From positions 85,647 to 149,646 of the forward strand of contig PLNT01000018.1 of the NCBI GenBank assembly GCA_003141895.1: a stretch of DNA of 64,000 nt, written 5' to 3'. Positions 28,470 through 38,300 of the stretch are shown in pieces. Below the pieces are notes generated by a model. That model ran no database searches. It was not told the DNA's origin and saw nothing but the letters and a program-made list of their open reading frames with translations. The position numbers were made by a program, and so were the translations under genes. Each line of letters starts with the position of its first letter. Position 1 is the first letter of the stretch. The DNA comes from Bacteroidales bacterium. Its GTDB lineage: Bacteria; Bacteroidota; Bacteroidia; Bacteroidales; VadinHA17.

Positions 28470-30874
28470 AAATTAATAGATCAGATATATTGACCACTAA
28501 CTGCGATTGCGAAAAGACTTCGCAGGTTGATTTTACGAAGGTAATTGATGAAGTTCTGGCGAATACCGGGCGTGAACCTGAAAAAGTCATCCTGATACTC
28601 CAGGAAGTTCAGAAAAGGCTTAACTGGCTGCCTTCCGATGCACTTAAATACATTTGCAAAGTAACTGATATAACTCCGGGACAAATCTCCGGAGTTTCTA
28701 CATTCTATTCACAATTCAGACATCTACCGGTCGGTGAGCATACAATAAAAATATGTGCAGGAACAGCATGTCATGTAAAGGGTAGCCCTTTGATATCGGA
28801 TGCATTTAAAAGAGTTCTCAAAATTGATGACACAAAAAATGCATCAGCTGATAATCTGTTTTCAATTGAAGAAGTAGCCTGCCTTGGCTGCTGCACACTT
28901 GCTCCGGTTGTTCAGATTGACGGAAAGACATACGGTCATGTCAAAACAACGCAGGTTGACGAAATAATTTATGATTTTCTGCATCAGGGTAAAATGAGTA
29001 CAATGATTCAGGAACAAGACGGCAACAAAGAGGTAGATGCTGAGATTAGGGTTGGAATTGGTTCATGCTGTGTTGCAGGAGGAAGCAAAGAAATACTTTC
29101 TGAAATATTTGAAGTTAAAGAAAGATACAATCTCAATATAAGATTAAAACAAGTCGGCTGTGTCGGAGTATGTAATCAGACACCCCTGATGGAAATAGTC
29201 ACAAAAGATGGCATTCATTCAAGGTATACCAAGGTTTCTAAACCGCAGGTTGAAGAAATACTTCTTAAACACGTAAAACCCAGAAAACTAAACAAAAAAA
29301 TCAGGTATAAAATAAACGATCTTGTTGACACTTTTCTATCTGAAGATAAACTCACCGGACAGGCAAATTTGCCAGTGGAATTAAGGGAAAAATATCTAAA
29401 TAACTTCCTAAATCATCAGGTTCATATTGCCACAAAAAACAATGGAGAACTTTCTCCGGAATCTTACGATGAATATTGTTTGTCAGGTGGGTTTGAAGCT
29501 TTAAATAAATGTCTTAAGGAACCTGATCATGATTCAATTATTAAAATAATATTGGAAAGCGGTCTCCGGGGCCGCGGGGGTGCAGGTTTTCCCACCGGTA
29601 AAAAATGGGATATTTTCTCAAATTCGAAAGGTGAAACAAAATATGTGGTGTGTAACGGTGATGAAGGCGATCCGGGTGCTTTTATGGACAGGATGCTTCT
29701 TGAAACATTTCCTTATCGCGTAATAGAAGGAATGCTTATTGCAGGTTATGCAACAGGCGCAAGTGAAGGAATATTTTACATAAGGGCTGAATATCCTTTG
29801 GCTGTAACCAGGGTCAGGATTGCATTGAAAGCCTGCCGTGTAAATGGTATCCTGGGCAAGAATATTTTTGGAAGTACCTTTTCATTTGACATCAATATTT
29901 TTGAAGGTGCCGGAGCTTTTGTTTGCGGAGAGGAAACAGCTTTGATTTCTTCACTTGAAGGGAAAAGAGGAACTCCTCATCTGAGGCCTCCCTACCCTGC
30001 TGTTAAAGGATATAAAGGGAAGCCTACACTGGTTAATAATGTTGAGACACTTACACTTGTCCCTTGGATAATTACAAATGGTGCTGATCCATTCAGTTCA
30101 ATCGGTACAGATAAAAGCAAAGGGACCAAAGTATTTGCGCTTGCCGGAAAGATTTCAAAAGGAGGCTTGATAGAGGTTCCAATGGGTACGACGATCCGGC
30201 AGATAGTTGAAAATATCGGTGACGGAGTCGCAGATGGCAATACATTCAAAGCTGTTCAGATAGGAGGACCTTCGGGAGGATGTATCCCTGAAAGCCAGGC
30301 AGATATAGCAATCGATTACGAAGAACTGACCAGGATGGGTGCAATGATGGGCTCCGGTGGAATGGTAGTGTTGGATAACACCGACTGCATGGTTGACATG
30401 GCTAAATATTTCCTGACTTTTACACATAAACAGTCTTGCGGTAAATGTACATTTTGTCGGATAGGAACTAAACAAATGCTCAATATTATTACGGCTTTGT
30501 CGGAAGGGAGGGCAACTTTAGAGGATATTTCAGAGCTAGAACGACTGTGTAAATTTGTTAAAGATGGCAGTTTATGCGGACTCGGGAAGACTGCTCCGAA
30601 TCCGGTTCTTACAGGCCTGAAATATTTCAGGGAGGAATATGAAGAACATACAAGAGGATTTTGCAGGGCAAACAAATGCCAGAGTCTCATAAAATATAAT
30701 ATAAATGATGATTGTACCGGTTGCACAAAATGTTCGCAGGAGTGCCCGGTCAAGGCAATACCATTCAGACCTTATGAAAAACATGAGATAGACCAGACAC
30801 TTTGCACTAAATGTGATAACTGCAGAATTGTTTGTCCTGAAAAAGCAATTGAAATAATAAATATCAATGCTTAA
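28451..30874 (+). CDS. NuoE-NuoF fusion flavoprotein (HydBC/HndAC-type NAD(P)H-oxidising module) with C-terminal 2x[4Fe-4S] ferredoxin domain
   Basis: NuoE-type [2Fe-2S] (CAGTACH...CLGCC). A second thioredoxin-like FeS domain (GSCCVAGG...CVGVCNQTP). FMN/NADH motifs GRGGAGFPTGKKW and CNGDEGDPGAF. N3-type SCGKCTFCR...CGLG. Terminal CTGCTKCSQECP and CTKCDNCRIVCP. Start is uncertain: TTG 28451 or TTG 28466. Confidence 0.9.
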   Translation: MHFEELKINRSDILTTNCDCEKTSQVDFTKVIDEVLANTGREPEKVILILQEVQKRLNWLPSDALKYICKVTDITPGQISGVSTFYSQFRHLPVGEHTIKICAGTACHVKGSPLISDAFKRVLKIDDTKNASADNLFSIEEVACLGCCTLAPVVQIDGKTYGHVKTTQVDEIIYDFLHQGKMSTMIQEQDGNKEVDAEIRVGIGSCCVAGGSKEILSEIFEVKERYNLNIRLKQVGCVGVCNQTPLMEIVTKDGIHSRYTKVSKPQVEEILLKHVKPRKLNKKIRYKINDLVDTFLSEDKLTGQANLPVELREKYLNNFLNHQVHIATKNNGELSPESYDEYCLSGGFEALNKCLKEPDHDSIIKIILESGLRGRGGAGFPTGKKWDIFSNSKGETKYVVCNGDEGDPGAFMDRMLLETFPYRVIEGMLIAGYATGASEGIFYIRAEYPLAVTRVRIALKACRVNGILGKNIFGSTFSFDINIFEGAGAFVCGEETALISSLEGKRGTPHLRPPYPAVKGYKGKPTLVNNVETLTLVPWIITNGADPFSSIGTDKSKGTKVFALAGKISKGGLIEVPMGTTIRQIVENIGDGVADGNTFKAVQIGGPSGGCIPESQADIAIDYEELTRMGAMMGSGGMVVLDNTDCMVDMAKYFLTFTHKQSCGKCTFCRIGTKQMLNIITALSEGRATLEDISELERLCKFVKDGSLCGLGKTAPNPVLTGLKYFREEYEEHTRGFCRANKCQSLIKYNINDDCTGCTKCSQECPVKAIPFRPYEKHEIDQTLCTKCDNCRIVCPEKAIEIININA

Positions 30875-31934
30875 AATTAAAATAGACAATATAAGTTATA
30901 AAGCCGGTGATGGACAAACCATCATGGATGTTGCAAAGGGTGCAGGAATCCATATCCCTTCTCTTTGCTATTCTGATGGATTACCACATTATTCTTCATG
31001 CATGGTTTGTATGGTGAAGGATAAAAGAAGCGGAAACTTTATTCCTTCATGCTCTGCACTGGTACTCGATGGAATGGACATTGATTCTTCCTCGGAGGAT
31101 GTTCTAGCAATAAGAAAGAAGTCAATAGAGCTTCTTTTATCTGAGCACAGGGCTGAATGTGAGGCACAATGCAAAGTAGTTTGTCCTCAAGGATACAACA
31201 TTCCTCTTATGAACAGACTTCTCAGTGCAAATGATTTGGACGGTGCGATTAAACTTTCGCTCAGCCAGACCAGATCTTCAGGATTAAAATGCTTTGATTG
31301 TAAGGGATATTGTGAGAATGCCTGCCGGAGAAAAAAAATTGACCTCCCTATATCAATTCGCAATATGCAAATATTTATTTACGGCCAAATCAATCAGGAT
31401 TTTGCAGCGGTTGATTCCGATCTCCCATACGAGAAACCTTCAAAACGTTTTTCGTCACGAATTGGCCCTGTTGAGCCTGGCGAGTTGAAAGAATGGTTAA
31501 AAGAAAGCAAAAATGACTCTATCCGTTTCAGAGAGATTTTAAACATGGAATCTGCAGCTCTGGAGTCTGAAAGTTGTATGCATTGTGATTGCCGGTCTGC
31601 AGATGAGTGCAAACTGAGACTCATTGCTGATGAATTAGAAGTTAAGGATCCCAAAGGGAAACTTGTTAATTCTCCTATTCAAAAGAAGATAAATATTAAT
31701 ACCGGTCTCATATTTGAGAATGCTAAATGTATTAAGTGCGGTCTCTGTGTCAGACTATGTGAGGAATTAAAGGAAGAGCCTGCATTATGTTTTATAAACA
31801 GGGGATTTGTGAGTATTATCTCAGAACCTCTTACTGAAGAATTTGATAATGTACTAAAGAACAGAAGCAAAGAGGTTGTTGATATTTGCCCAACCGGGGC
31901 ATTAAGTTTGCGAACACCTAGCTCGGATTTTTAA
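30867..31934 (+). CDS. multi-cluster FeS protein, NuoG/HydA N-terminal-like, lacking any catalytic domain
   Basis: N-terminal plant-type [2Fe-2S] spacing (C-x10-C-x2-C...C), then a His-containing motif HRAECEAQCKVVCP. Further motifs CFDCKGYCENAC, CMHCDCRSADEC and CIKCGLCVRLC...CPTG. No H-cluster or molybdopterin motifs. 8-nt overlap with the upstream gene. Confidence 0.75.
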   Translation: MLKIKIDNISYKAGDGQTIMDVAKGAGIHIPSLCYSDGLPHYSSCMVCMVKDKRSGNFIPSCSALVLDGMDIDSSSEDVLAIRKKSIELLLSEHRAECEAQCKVVCPQGYNIPLMNRLLSANDLDGAIKLSLSQTRSSGLKCFDCKGYCENACRRKKIDLPISIRNMQIFIYGQINQDFAAVDSDLPYEKPSKRFSSRIGPVEPGELKEWLKESKNDSIRFREILNMESAALESESCMHCDCRSADECKLRLIADELEVKDPKGKLVNSPIQKKININTGLIFENAKCIKCGLCVRLCEELKEEPALCFINRGFVSIISEPLTEEFDNVLKNRSKEVVDICPTGALSLRTPSSDF

Positions 31935-31997
31935 TCCGCGACAGAATGCAACGATACAAAGACACAAAGATATAAGAACAGATTCTACTAATTTTAG

Positions 31998-32074
31998 ACC
32001 CCCTTCCCAACCTTCCCCCAAGGGGGAAGGGGTAAAAACATCATTTCCCCCTTGGGGGAAATAAGAAAGGGGGT
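31998..32074 (+). repeat. 77-nt GC-rich double-hairpin element, copy 1
   Basis: ACCCCCTTCCCAA-CCTTCCCCCAAGGGGGAAGG-spacer-TTTCCCCCTTGGGGGAAA-TAAGAAAGGGGGT. Two internal stems of 8-9 bp, plus an outer ACCCCC/GGGGGT pairing. Confidence 0.85.
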
Positions 32075-32103
32075 AACTAATAAAAAACGAGCAACTTTTT
32101 TTC

Positions 32104-33213
32104 ATGAGATTCATTCTTGCAGGCATATTGTATTTCTTTTTATTCATATCTGTTTCAGGTCAATCAACAGATTGGCCATTATTCAGAGGCAAATCAGATC
32201 TGTCGGGGAAGATCGAATCAGAACTTCCGGCTTCACCCAAACTTTTATGGAGCCTTGCAACACATACCACTACAAAATCCTCTCCTGTAATAAGTAATGG
32301 AACGATTTACTTTGGAAATGACAAAGGTTACCTGGTTGCAGTCAGCAGCACCGGAAATCTCAAATGGGAATACAAATCAGAAAGCTCAATTGATGCGGCC
32401 CCAATGATTTTTCATGATAAGATAATATTTGGAACAAGTGATGGAATTCTTACAGCTGTTGACAAATTATCAGGCAAATTAATCTGGAAGTACACTACTG
32501 AAAATCAGATAGCAGGTTCTGCTAATGTTTGGATATCAGGGAATAAAGCCGGAATTGTTATTGGTAGTTATGATTATTACCTGCACTGTGTTGACCCGGA
32601 AACGGGAAAACCATTATGGAAAGTTGAGACCGAGAACTATATTAATGGCACACCAGCTATACTGAATGGTAAGATAATATTTGGCGGATGTGATGGTATG
32701 CTAAGAATTGTAGATCCGCTTACCGGAAAGCAAAATGATACCGTCGACATTGGTGTTTATATTGCATCTTCGCCTGCCCTTTCACATGATCTGGCATTTT
32801 TTGGAGATTATGATGGCACCAAATACTGTGTGAATATTGTCACAAAAAAAATAGTGTGGAAGATTCCGGGAAATGAAGAATCGGGCTCAATATTGGCAAT
32901 TCCTGCTATCGGCAATAATTCAATTATAATTGGAAGCGAAGATAAATTTCTTTACTGTTACAATACCTCTGATGGTAAACTTGAATGGAAATTCCGAACA
33001 AACGGTAAGATTGACGGTTCAGCAGTATTAACATCATCAAAGGTTCTTTTCACAGGAATGGATGGATATATTTATATTCTTGGATTATCTGACGGAAAAA
33101 AACTTTGGAGTTTTAATGCAGGTACGCCTGTCAGCAGCTCTCCGGCAGTGGTTGATGGAAAATTTTATATTCTGACTGAGGATGGAAGATTAATGGCATT
33201 TGGAGAAAAGTAA
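32104..33213 (+). CDS. secreted PQQ-like beta-propeller repeat protein
   Basis: Signal peptide, WPLFRG entry motif, and regular blades of about 40 aa (GKLIWKY, GKPLWKV, KKIVWKI, GKLEWKF, GKKLWSF). Confidence 0.75.
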   Translation: MRFILAGILYFFLFISVSGQSTDWPLFRGKSDLSGKIESELPASPKLLWSLATHTTTKSSPVISNGTIYFGNDKGYLVAVSSTGNLKWEYKSESSIDAAPMIFHDKIIFGTSDGILTAVDKLSGKLIWKYTTENQIAGSANVWISGNKAGIVIGSYDYYLHCVDPETGKPLWKVETENYINGTPAILNGKIIFGGCDGMLRIVDPLTGKQNDTVDIGVYIASSPALSHDLAFFGDYDGTKYCVNIVTKKIVWKIPGNEESGSILAIPAIGNNSIIIGSEDKFLYCYNTSDGKLEWKFRTNGKIDGSAVLTSSKVLFTGMDGYIYILGLSDGKKLWSFNAGTPVSSSPAVVDGKFYILTEDGRLMAFGEK

Positions 33214-33235
33214 TTTTATCTACCTCATCCCCCTG

Positions 33236-33308
33236 CCCCCTTCTCCCAAGTGAGAAGGGGGTAAGAAATCCGTGGATAAGTTTAAGTCCCTCCCCCTTGG
33301 GGGAGGGA
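33236..33308 (+). terminator. two tandem 10-bp-stem GC hairpins after the propeller gene
   Basis: CCCCCTTCTC-ccaagt-GAGAAGGGGG (33236-33261) and TCCCTCCCCC-tt-GGGGGAGGGA (33287-33308). Terminator function is inferred from position only. Confidence 0.5.
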
Positions 33309-33347
33309 TTTAGGGAGAAGTAACACAGAGAGAGAATATTACATAAT

Positions 33348-34637
33348 ATGAAAATAGTTTATCTAATTACAGGTTCAGGTGGTTCATTCTATTGCGGGAA
33401 TTGTTACCGCGATATGATCTATCTGAGAGCTATTCGAAAAGTTCCGGGTATAAATGCTTCTGCAGTACCATTGTATCTTCCTCCCGATGATACAAATACT
33501 GAAACCGGAATGGATAAGAATGTCTTCTTTGGAGCTATTTCAATGTACCTTAGAGAAAAAGTCCCTTTCCTTAAAAACATGCCTGTTTTCTTTGATAAAA
33601 TAGTTGATTCAGGCCCTATGCTCAAAATGGCTGCGCGACGGGCAGGGACAACACGCACTACAGGACTTGAAGAGATGACGCTGAATATGATAAAGGGAGA
33701 AAATGCTTTTCCTGAGAAAGAGCTCCAGCGCCTGATTGACTATCTCTGTAAAGATGGGAAACCAGATATTATTCATCTTTCAAATGCCCTTGTAATAGGA
33801 CTTGCACGCCAGATTAAGAAAAAACTAAATGTAAAAATTGTATGTTCTCTTCTTAATGAAGATGACTGGATAGATGAGATGATGGAACCGTATCAATCAG
33901 GTGCATGGAAACTTATAGCCAGAGAAGCAAATAACGTGGATATCTTTCTCACTCCCAGCAACTATTATAAAGAATTGTTTATCTGTAAAACAGGAATTTC
34001 AGATGAAAATTTTCATGTTATCCCTCTGGGATTTGATCCTGACTTAAAGAAAATTGAAAAGAAAGACAACTACCCTGCAATAGGATATTTCTGCAGGATA
34101 AGCTCCCAGAATGGAATCGACAAACTTGTTGACGCTTTTATTGAACTGAAATCTGTAAACAAATTGCCAGGACTTACGCTTCATATTTCAGGAGGTTATA
34201 CAGGTGATGACAAGCCATTTATCGCAGATCAGATAAAGAAAATTAAGGACAACGGATTGAAAAGCTTTGTAAGGATATATCCTGAGTTCCACGGAAACAG
34301 CAAACAAGAGTTTTTCAATAATATCGATGTAATGTGTGTCCCCGTCAGAAAACATGACGGCTATGGTTTGTACATACTCGAAGCCAATGCAGCTGGTGTT
34401 CCTGTTGTTCAGCCTGCAACAGGTGCATTTCCTGAAATAGTAGAAAGAACAGGAGGCGGGATAACATATACTCCTGATACAGTTGGAGCGTTATCAGCCA
34501 ATCTGCTAAAGATATTATCTGATCGTGAATTGTGTGTAGGACTTGGAAAGAAGGGTAAGGAAAATGTTTTAAAGGAACTCTCACTTATAAAAATGTCAGA
34601 AGGGTTGTCAAAAGTTTATAATTCATTAATGGGTTGA
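33348..34637 (+). CDS. glycosyltransferase family 4 (GT-B, group 1)
   Basis: 429 aa. C-terminal Ex7E-type motif EANAAGVPVVQPATGAFPEIVE. Confidence 0.8.
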   Translation: MKIVYLITGSGGSFYCGNCYRDMIYLRAIRKVPGINASAVPLYLPPDDTNTETGMDKNVFFGAISMYLREKVPFLKNMPVFFDKIVDSGPMLKMAARRAGTTRTTGLEEMTLNMIKGENAFPEKELQRLIDYLCKDGKPDIIHLSNALVIGLARQIKKKLNVKIVCSLLNEDDWIDEMMEPYQSGAWKLIAREANNVDIFLTPSNYYKELFICKTGISDENFHVIPLGFDPDLKKIEKKDNYPAIGYFCRISSQNGIDKLVDAFIELKSVNKLPGLTLHISGGYTGDDKPFIADQIKKIKDNGLKSFVRIYPEFHGNSKQEFFNNIDVMCVPVRKHDGYGLYILEANAAGVPVVQPATGAFPEIVERTGGGITYTPDTVGALSANLLKILSDRELCVGLGKKGKENVLKELSLIKMSEGLSKVYNSLMG

Positions 34638-34701
34638 CCCTCTGCCGCTTTGTGCCAGTGTACTGAACAATTTAGTCCTATTAATATATTATAATTGGTA
34701 T

Positions 34702-35367
34702 ATGCTGTCGATAAAAAACATATCAAAGTCATTCACTCAGAGAGGTACTGTTCTTGATAACCTCTGTCTTGAAGTGGAAATGGGTGATACTATTGCCATA
34801 ATGGGGCCCTCCGGTTCGGGGAAAACGACCCTCATGAATATTATTGGGTTACTCGACAAACCTGACACGGGTGATATACTATTTAAAGGTGGATCTATTT
34901 CAAATTTCTCTGAATCTGAATCGGCAGCATACCGAAACATGAATATTGGATTTGTATTCCAGGATCATCTGCTCTTACCTTATATGAACATCTATCAGAA
35001 CATATTTCTACCTCTGCTTGCAGCGAAACATTCAAATATACAGTATTCAGATAAGAGGCTATATATTAATGAGTTAATGATACAATCGGGTATTTATGAT
35101 CTTAAAAACAAATTTCCGTCGCAGATTTCTGGCGGAGAGGCTCAAAGAGTTGCACTTGTCCGGGCCCTTGTTAATAAACCCTCTGTACTTCTTGCTGATG
35201 AACCGACAGGATCATTGGATGCAAAAAATGCAGAATCTATGGGTGAACTTCTTCTGGAAATGAACAGAGAATACAGTATAACCTTAATTCTGGCGACTCA
35301 CTCAAATGACATCGCGAATAAAATGTCGAAGAAATTGCATCTGGTTGATGGGAAATTAGTATTGTAA
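34702..35367 (+). CDS. ABC transporter ATP-binding protein (LolD/MacB-type)
   Basis: Walker A GPSGSGKTT, signature ISGGEAQR, Walker B LLADEPT. Confidence 0.9.
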   Translation: MLSIKNISKSFTQRGTVLDNLCLEVEMGDTIAIMGPSGSGKTTLMNIIGLLDKPDTGDILFKGGSISNFSESESAAYRNMNIGFVFQDHLLLPYMNIYQNIFLPLLAAKHSNIQYSDKRLYINELMIQSGIYDLKNKFPSQISGGEAQRVALVRALVNKPSVLLADEPTGSLDAKNAESMGELLLEMNREYSITLILATHSNDIANKMSKKLHLVDGKLVL

Positions 35368-35379
35368 AAGAATTAGTCA

Positions 35380-38300
35380 ATGCAGGGCATAATCAGAATT
35401 ATATTCAAGTCGATAAAGTTTTATAAGATACCGGTTCTATATCAGATCTTAATTATCGTATTGCTGTCAGCTGTAATCACCGGGTCATTGCTGACCGGTG
35501 AATCAGTAAGGCAAAGTCTTAAAAAAACATCTTCGGAGAGTCTTGGAAATACTGGTATTCTGATTAGTTCAGGAAACAGGTTCTTTTCCCCGGATCTTAT
35601 TCAGAAAATGAGAAACGGGTCCAATATATCGTGTACAGGTTTAGTCGAATTAACAGGATTTTGCCAGAATATGAACTCACAGAAGGGAGTTGTTAATGCT
35701 CATATTTTTGCTGCAAACAAAGACTTTTTTGCATTTCAGGGAAGTGATTCTCTAAGTATAAAACCCGGAGAAGTGGCGGTAAACATTAAGCTTGCCCAAT
35801 ATCTCGACTTGAAAAAAGGTGATGAGCTGATCATCCGTTATTCGGAAATAAATGACATACCCGCAGATGCTCCTTTTGCCCCTGACAGGAAGGTAAAGTC
35901 GGTAGTAATGAAAATAGGTGCTATTCTCGAACCTGAAAAGGTCGGAAATTTCTCACTTCTTATAAGCCAGATTACTCCATTGAACATATTCATGGATATG
36001 AATGATCTTGAAAATGATGGTCATAAGATAAACAGAATTCTGTTTAAAAAAGATTATAAGAATTCATTAATTGCGTTATACGATACCTTCAAAAACAATC
36101 TTACGCTGAAAGATATTGGTTTTAAAATCCGCACTGTGAAGAAAACGGGTAAGAATGAACTTGTATCTGACAGAGTATTCATCGATGGTACAATCGCTGA
36201 TGAGATATCAAAAGTTCTTCCGTCCTCAGCTCGTGTTATAACGTATATGGGGAACCATTTTAAATCTGGCGGACGATCAACACCTTATTCATTTATATCA
36301 GGATTGCCATCAGCTCTTTATCCTGAGATTGCTTCCGGTAACGGGATGATAATAAACAGATGGATGGCAAATGATCTAGGAGTAAAAGAAGGTGATGCTA
36401 TTCAGTTGTACTGGTATTCACCAGATTCTTTGAACAAATTGATTGAAAAAAACAGCCATTTTATAATTAAAAGTATTGTCGATATAAAAGGTATATGGGC
36501 AGACTCACTTCTTATGCCTGATTTTCCTGGTATTTCAGGTAAAGAATCCTGCTCAGACTGGGATGCCGGAGTTCCCATAAAAATTCACGAAATCCGGAAA
36601 AAGGATGAAGATTACTGGAACAGATACAGAGGAACGCCTAAAGCATTTATAAGTTATGAGAAAGCGAGAGAATTATGGGGAAATAATTTCGGTCCGGCTA
36701 CATCATTCCGTTTTCCAATTGCAGTAACGGTAAAAGATATTGAAAACAAAATTAACGGATCACTCGATCCATATAAGGTTGGGTTTACCATTACGGACAT
36801 ACGGGCTCAATCTTTAAAAGCATCAGAAAGCAGCGTCGATTTTGGCAGCTTATTTCTAAGTCTTGGATTTTTCCTCATTCTGGCGTCACTTATCCTGTTG
36901 TCATTTGCAGCTTCCTTATATTTTGATTCTAAGAAAAGGCACATTAATACCTTATATGCTCTTGGATTTAAAAATAACCGGATATTCATGCTATTGTTTT
37001 TTGAATCAGCGCTCATAAATTTTGCAGGTTGTATAATAGGGGCTTTTGGTGGCTTTCTGGCCAATCTTTTAATTACAGGGGCCCTGAATACAGTTTGGAA
37101 TGGTGCTGTGCAAACAAATACACTTCACCCATATTTCAATATTATTCCGGTTCTGACAGGATTTGTTTTAACATTCCTAACCATAATGGTGCTGATGCTG
37201 ATAAAAATAAAACGTTACCTGAAGGTTCTACACAGAAAAGGAATAGAAATTTATAATAATCACAGTGGTAAAAAAAATCTAATAATTCTATTTATTTCAT
37301 CATATATAACAATTTCGTTATTAATACTATCGGTCTTGTTAAATGAACAGAGAATGTTTTTTTCATTAGCATCAGGAATATCACTCTTACTGACGTGTGT
37401 TTTATTATGGAGACAATATTATCTGGGTGTCAGTAAGAGAGTCCAGAGAAAAACAGAAACAAGAAGACAGTTTTCCCGTTTATACTATTCATTCAACTCT
37501 TCCGGGGCTGTAACATCAATTTTATTTATTGCAGCAGGAATATTTACAGTTTTTATCACCGAGATGAACAGGATGAATTTCAATGAGAAAGCTGGTAATC
37601 GTTCAGGAGGTACAGGGGGTTATCTTCTTTGGTGTGAAAATACTATTCCTTTAAAGGAGGACCTGAATACTGATTTTGCCAGAAAATCATTTGGATTGGA
37701 CGATACAAAGCTTCCTGGTTTAAGATTTGTTCAGATGAAAAGATCATCGGGAAATGATGCCAGTTGTCTGAATCTGAATCATATTACTACACCTCCCCTT
37801 TTAGGAACAGATCCAACTGACTTCATTAATAATAAATCTTTTACTTTCTCAAAAGCTCTCAAAACAGAACATCTGAGAAATCCGTGGCAATATCTGAAAA
37901 TATCCCCCAGCTCAAATGTCATATATGGTATAGCCGATCAGACTGTTCTTGATTGGGGACTGAAAATAAAGATCGGTGATACTTTAATGTTGCGGGCAGA
38001 AAATGGAATGCCGCTCAAGATAATTATCGCTGCAGGATTACAATCTTCGGTATTCCAGGGCAATGTTTTGATTGGAATGGAATATTTCTCCAAATACTTT
38101 CCATCTGTATCAGGCAGTACCGTTATGCTGGCAGAAGGTAAGCCAGAGTCGGCTGAACTTATAAGAAACACTTTGAACGACAGGCTTGAAAATTACGGTT
38201 TGAGTATTGAAAAAACTAACAATCGGCTTGCTTCATTCTACACTGTTTCGAACACTTACCTCTCTATTTTTGCGGTATTCGGAGTTCTTGGTATGATCAT

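Noticed and set aside
28451-31934. Calling the NuoEF-fusion and NuoG-like pair a [FeFe]-hydrogenase or formate dehydrogenase.
   Set aside because: The would-be catalytic subunit stops at 355 aa. It has no H-cluster motifs (TSCCP, MPCxxK, ExMACxxGCxxGGGQP) and no molybdopterin or selenocysteine region. The downstream DNA is the 77-nt repeat, not a gene remnant.
31902-32297. ORFs 31902..32147 (minus) and 32052..32297 (plus), which span the 77-nt GC-rich element.
   Set aside because: Their sequences are translations of the hairpin repeat (for example PSPLGEGWEGG). They overlap the start of the well-supported propeller gene, and the same repeat recurs non-codingly at 47576.
22311-33213. Interpreting the propellers as NosZ-like nitrous-oxide reductase, or as genuine PQQ quinoprotein dehydrogenases.
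   Set aside because: No His-rich CuZ or CuA motifs are present. The proteins are shorter than 8-bladed PQQ dehydrogenases, and I could not identify their diagnostic motifs by eye. No pqq biosynthesis genes lie in the window. The idea is kept only as an analogy.
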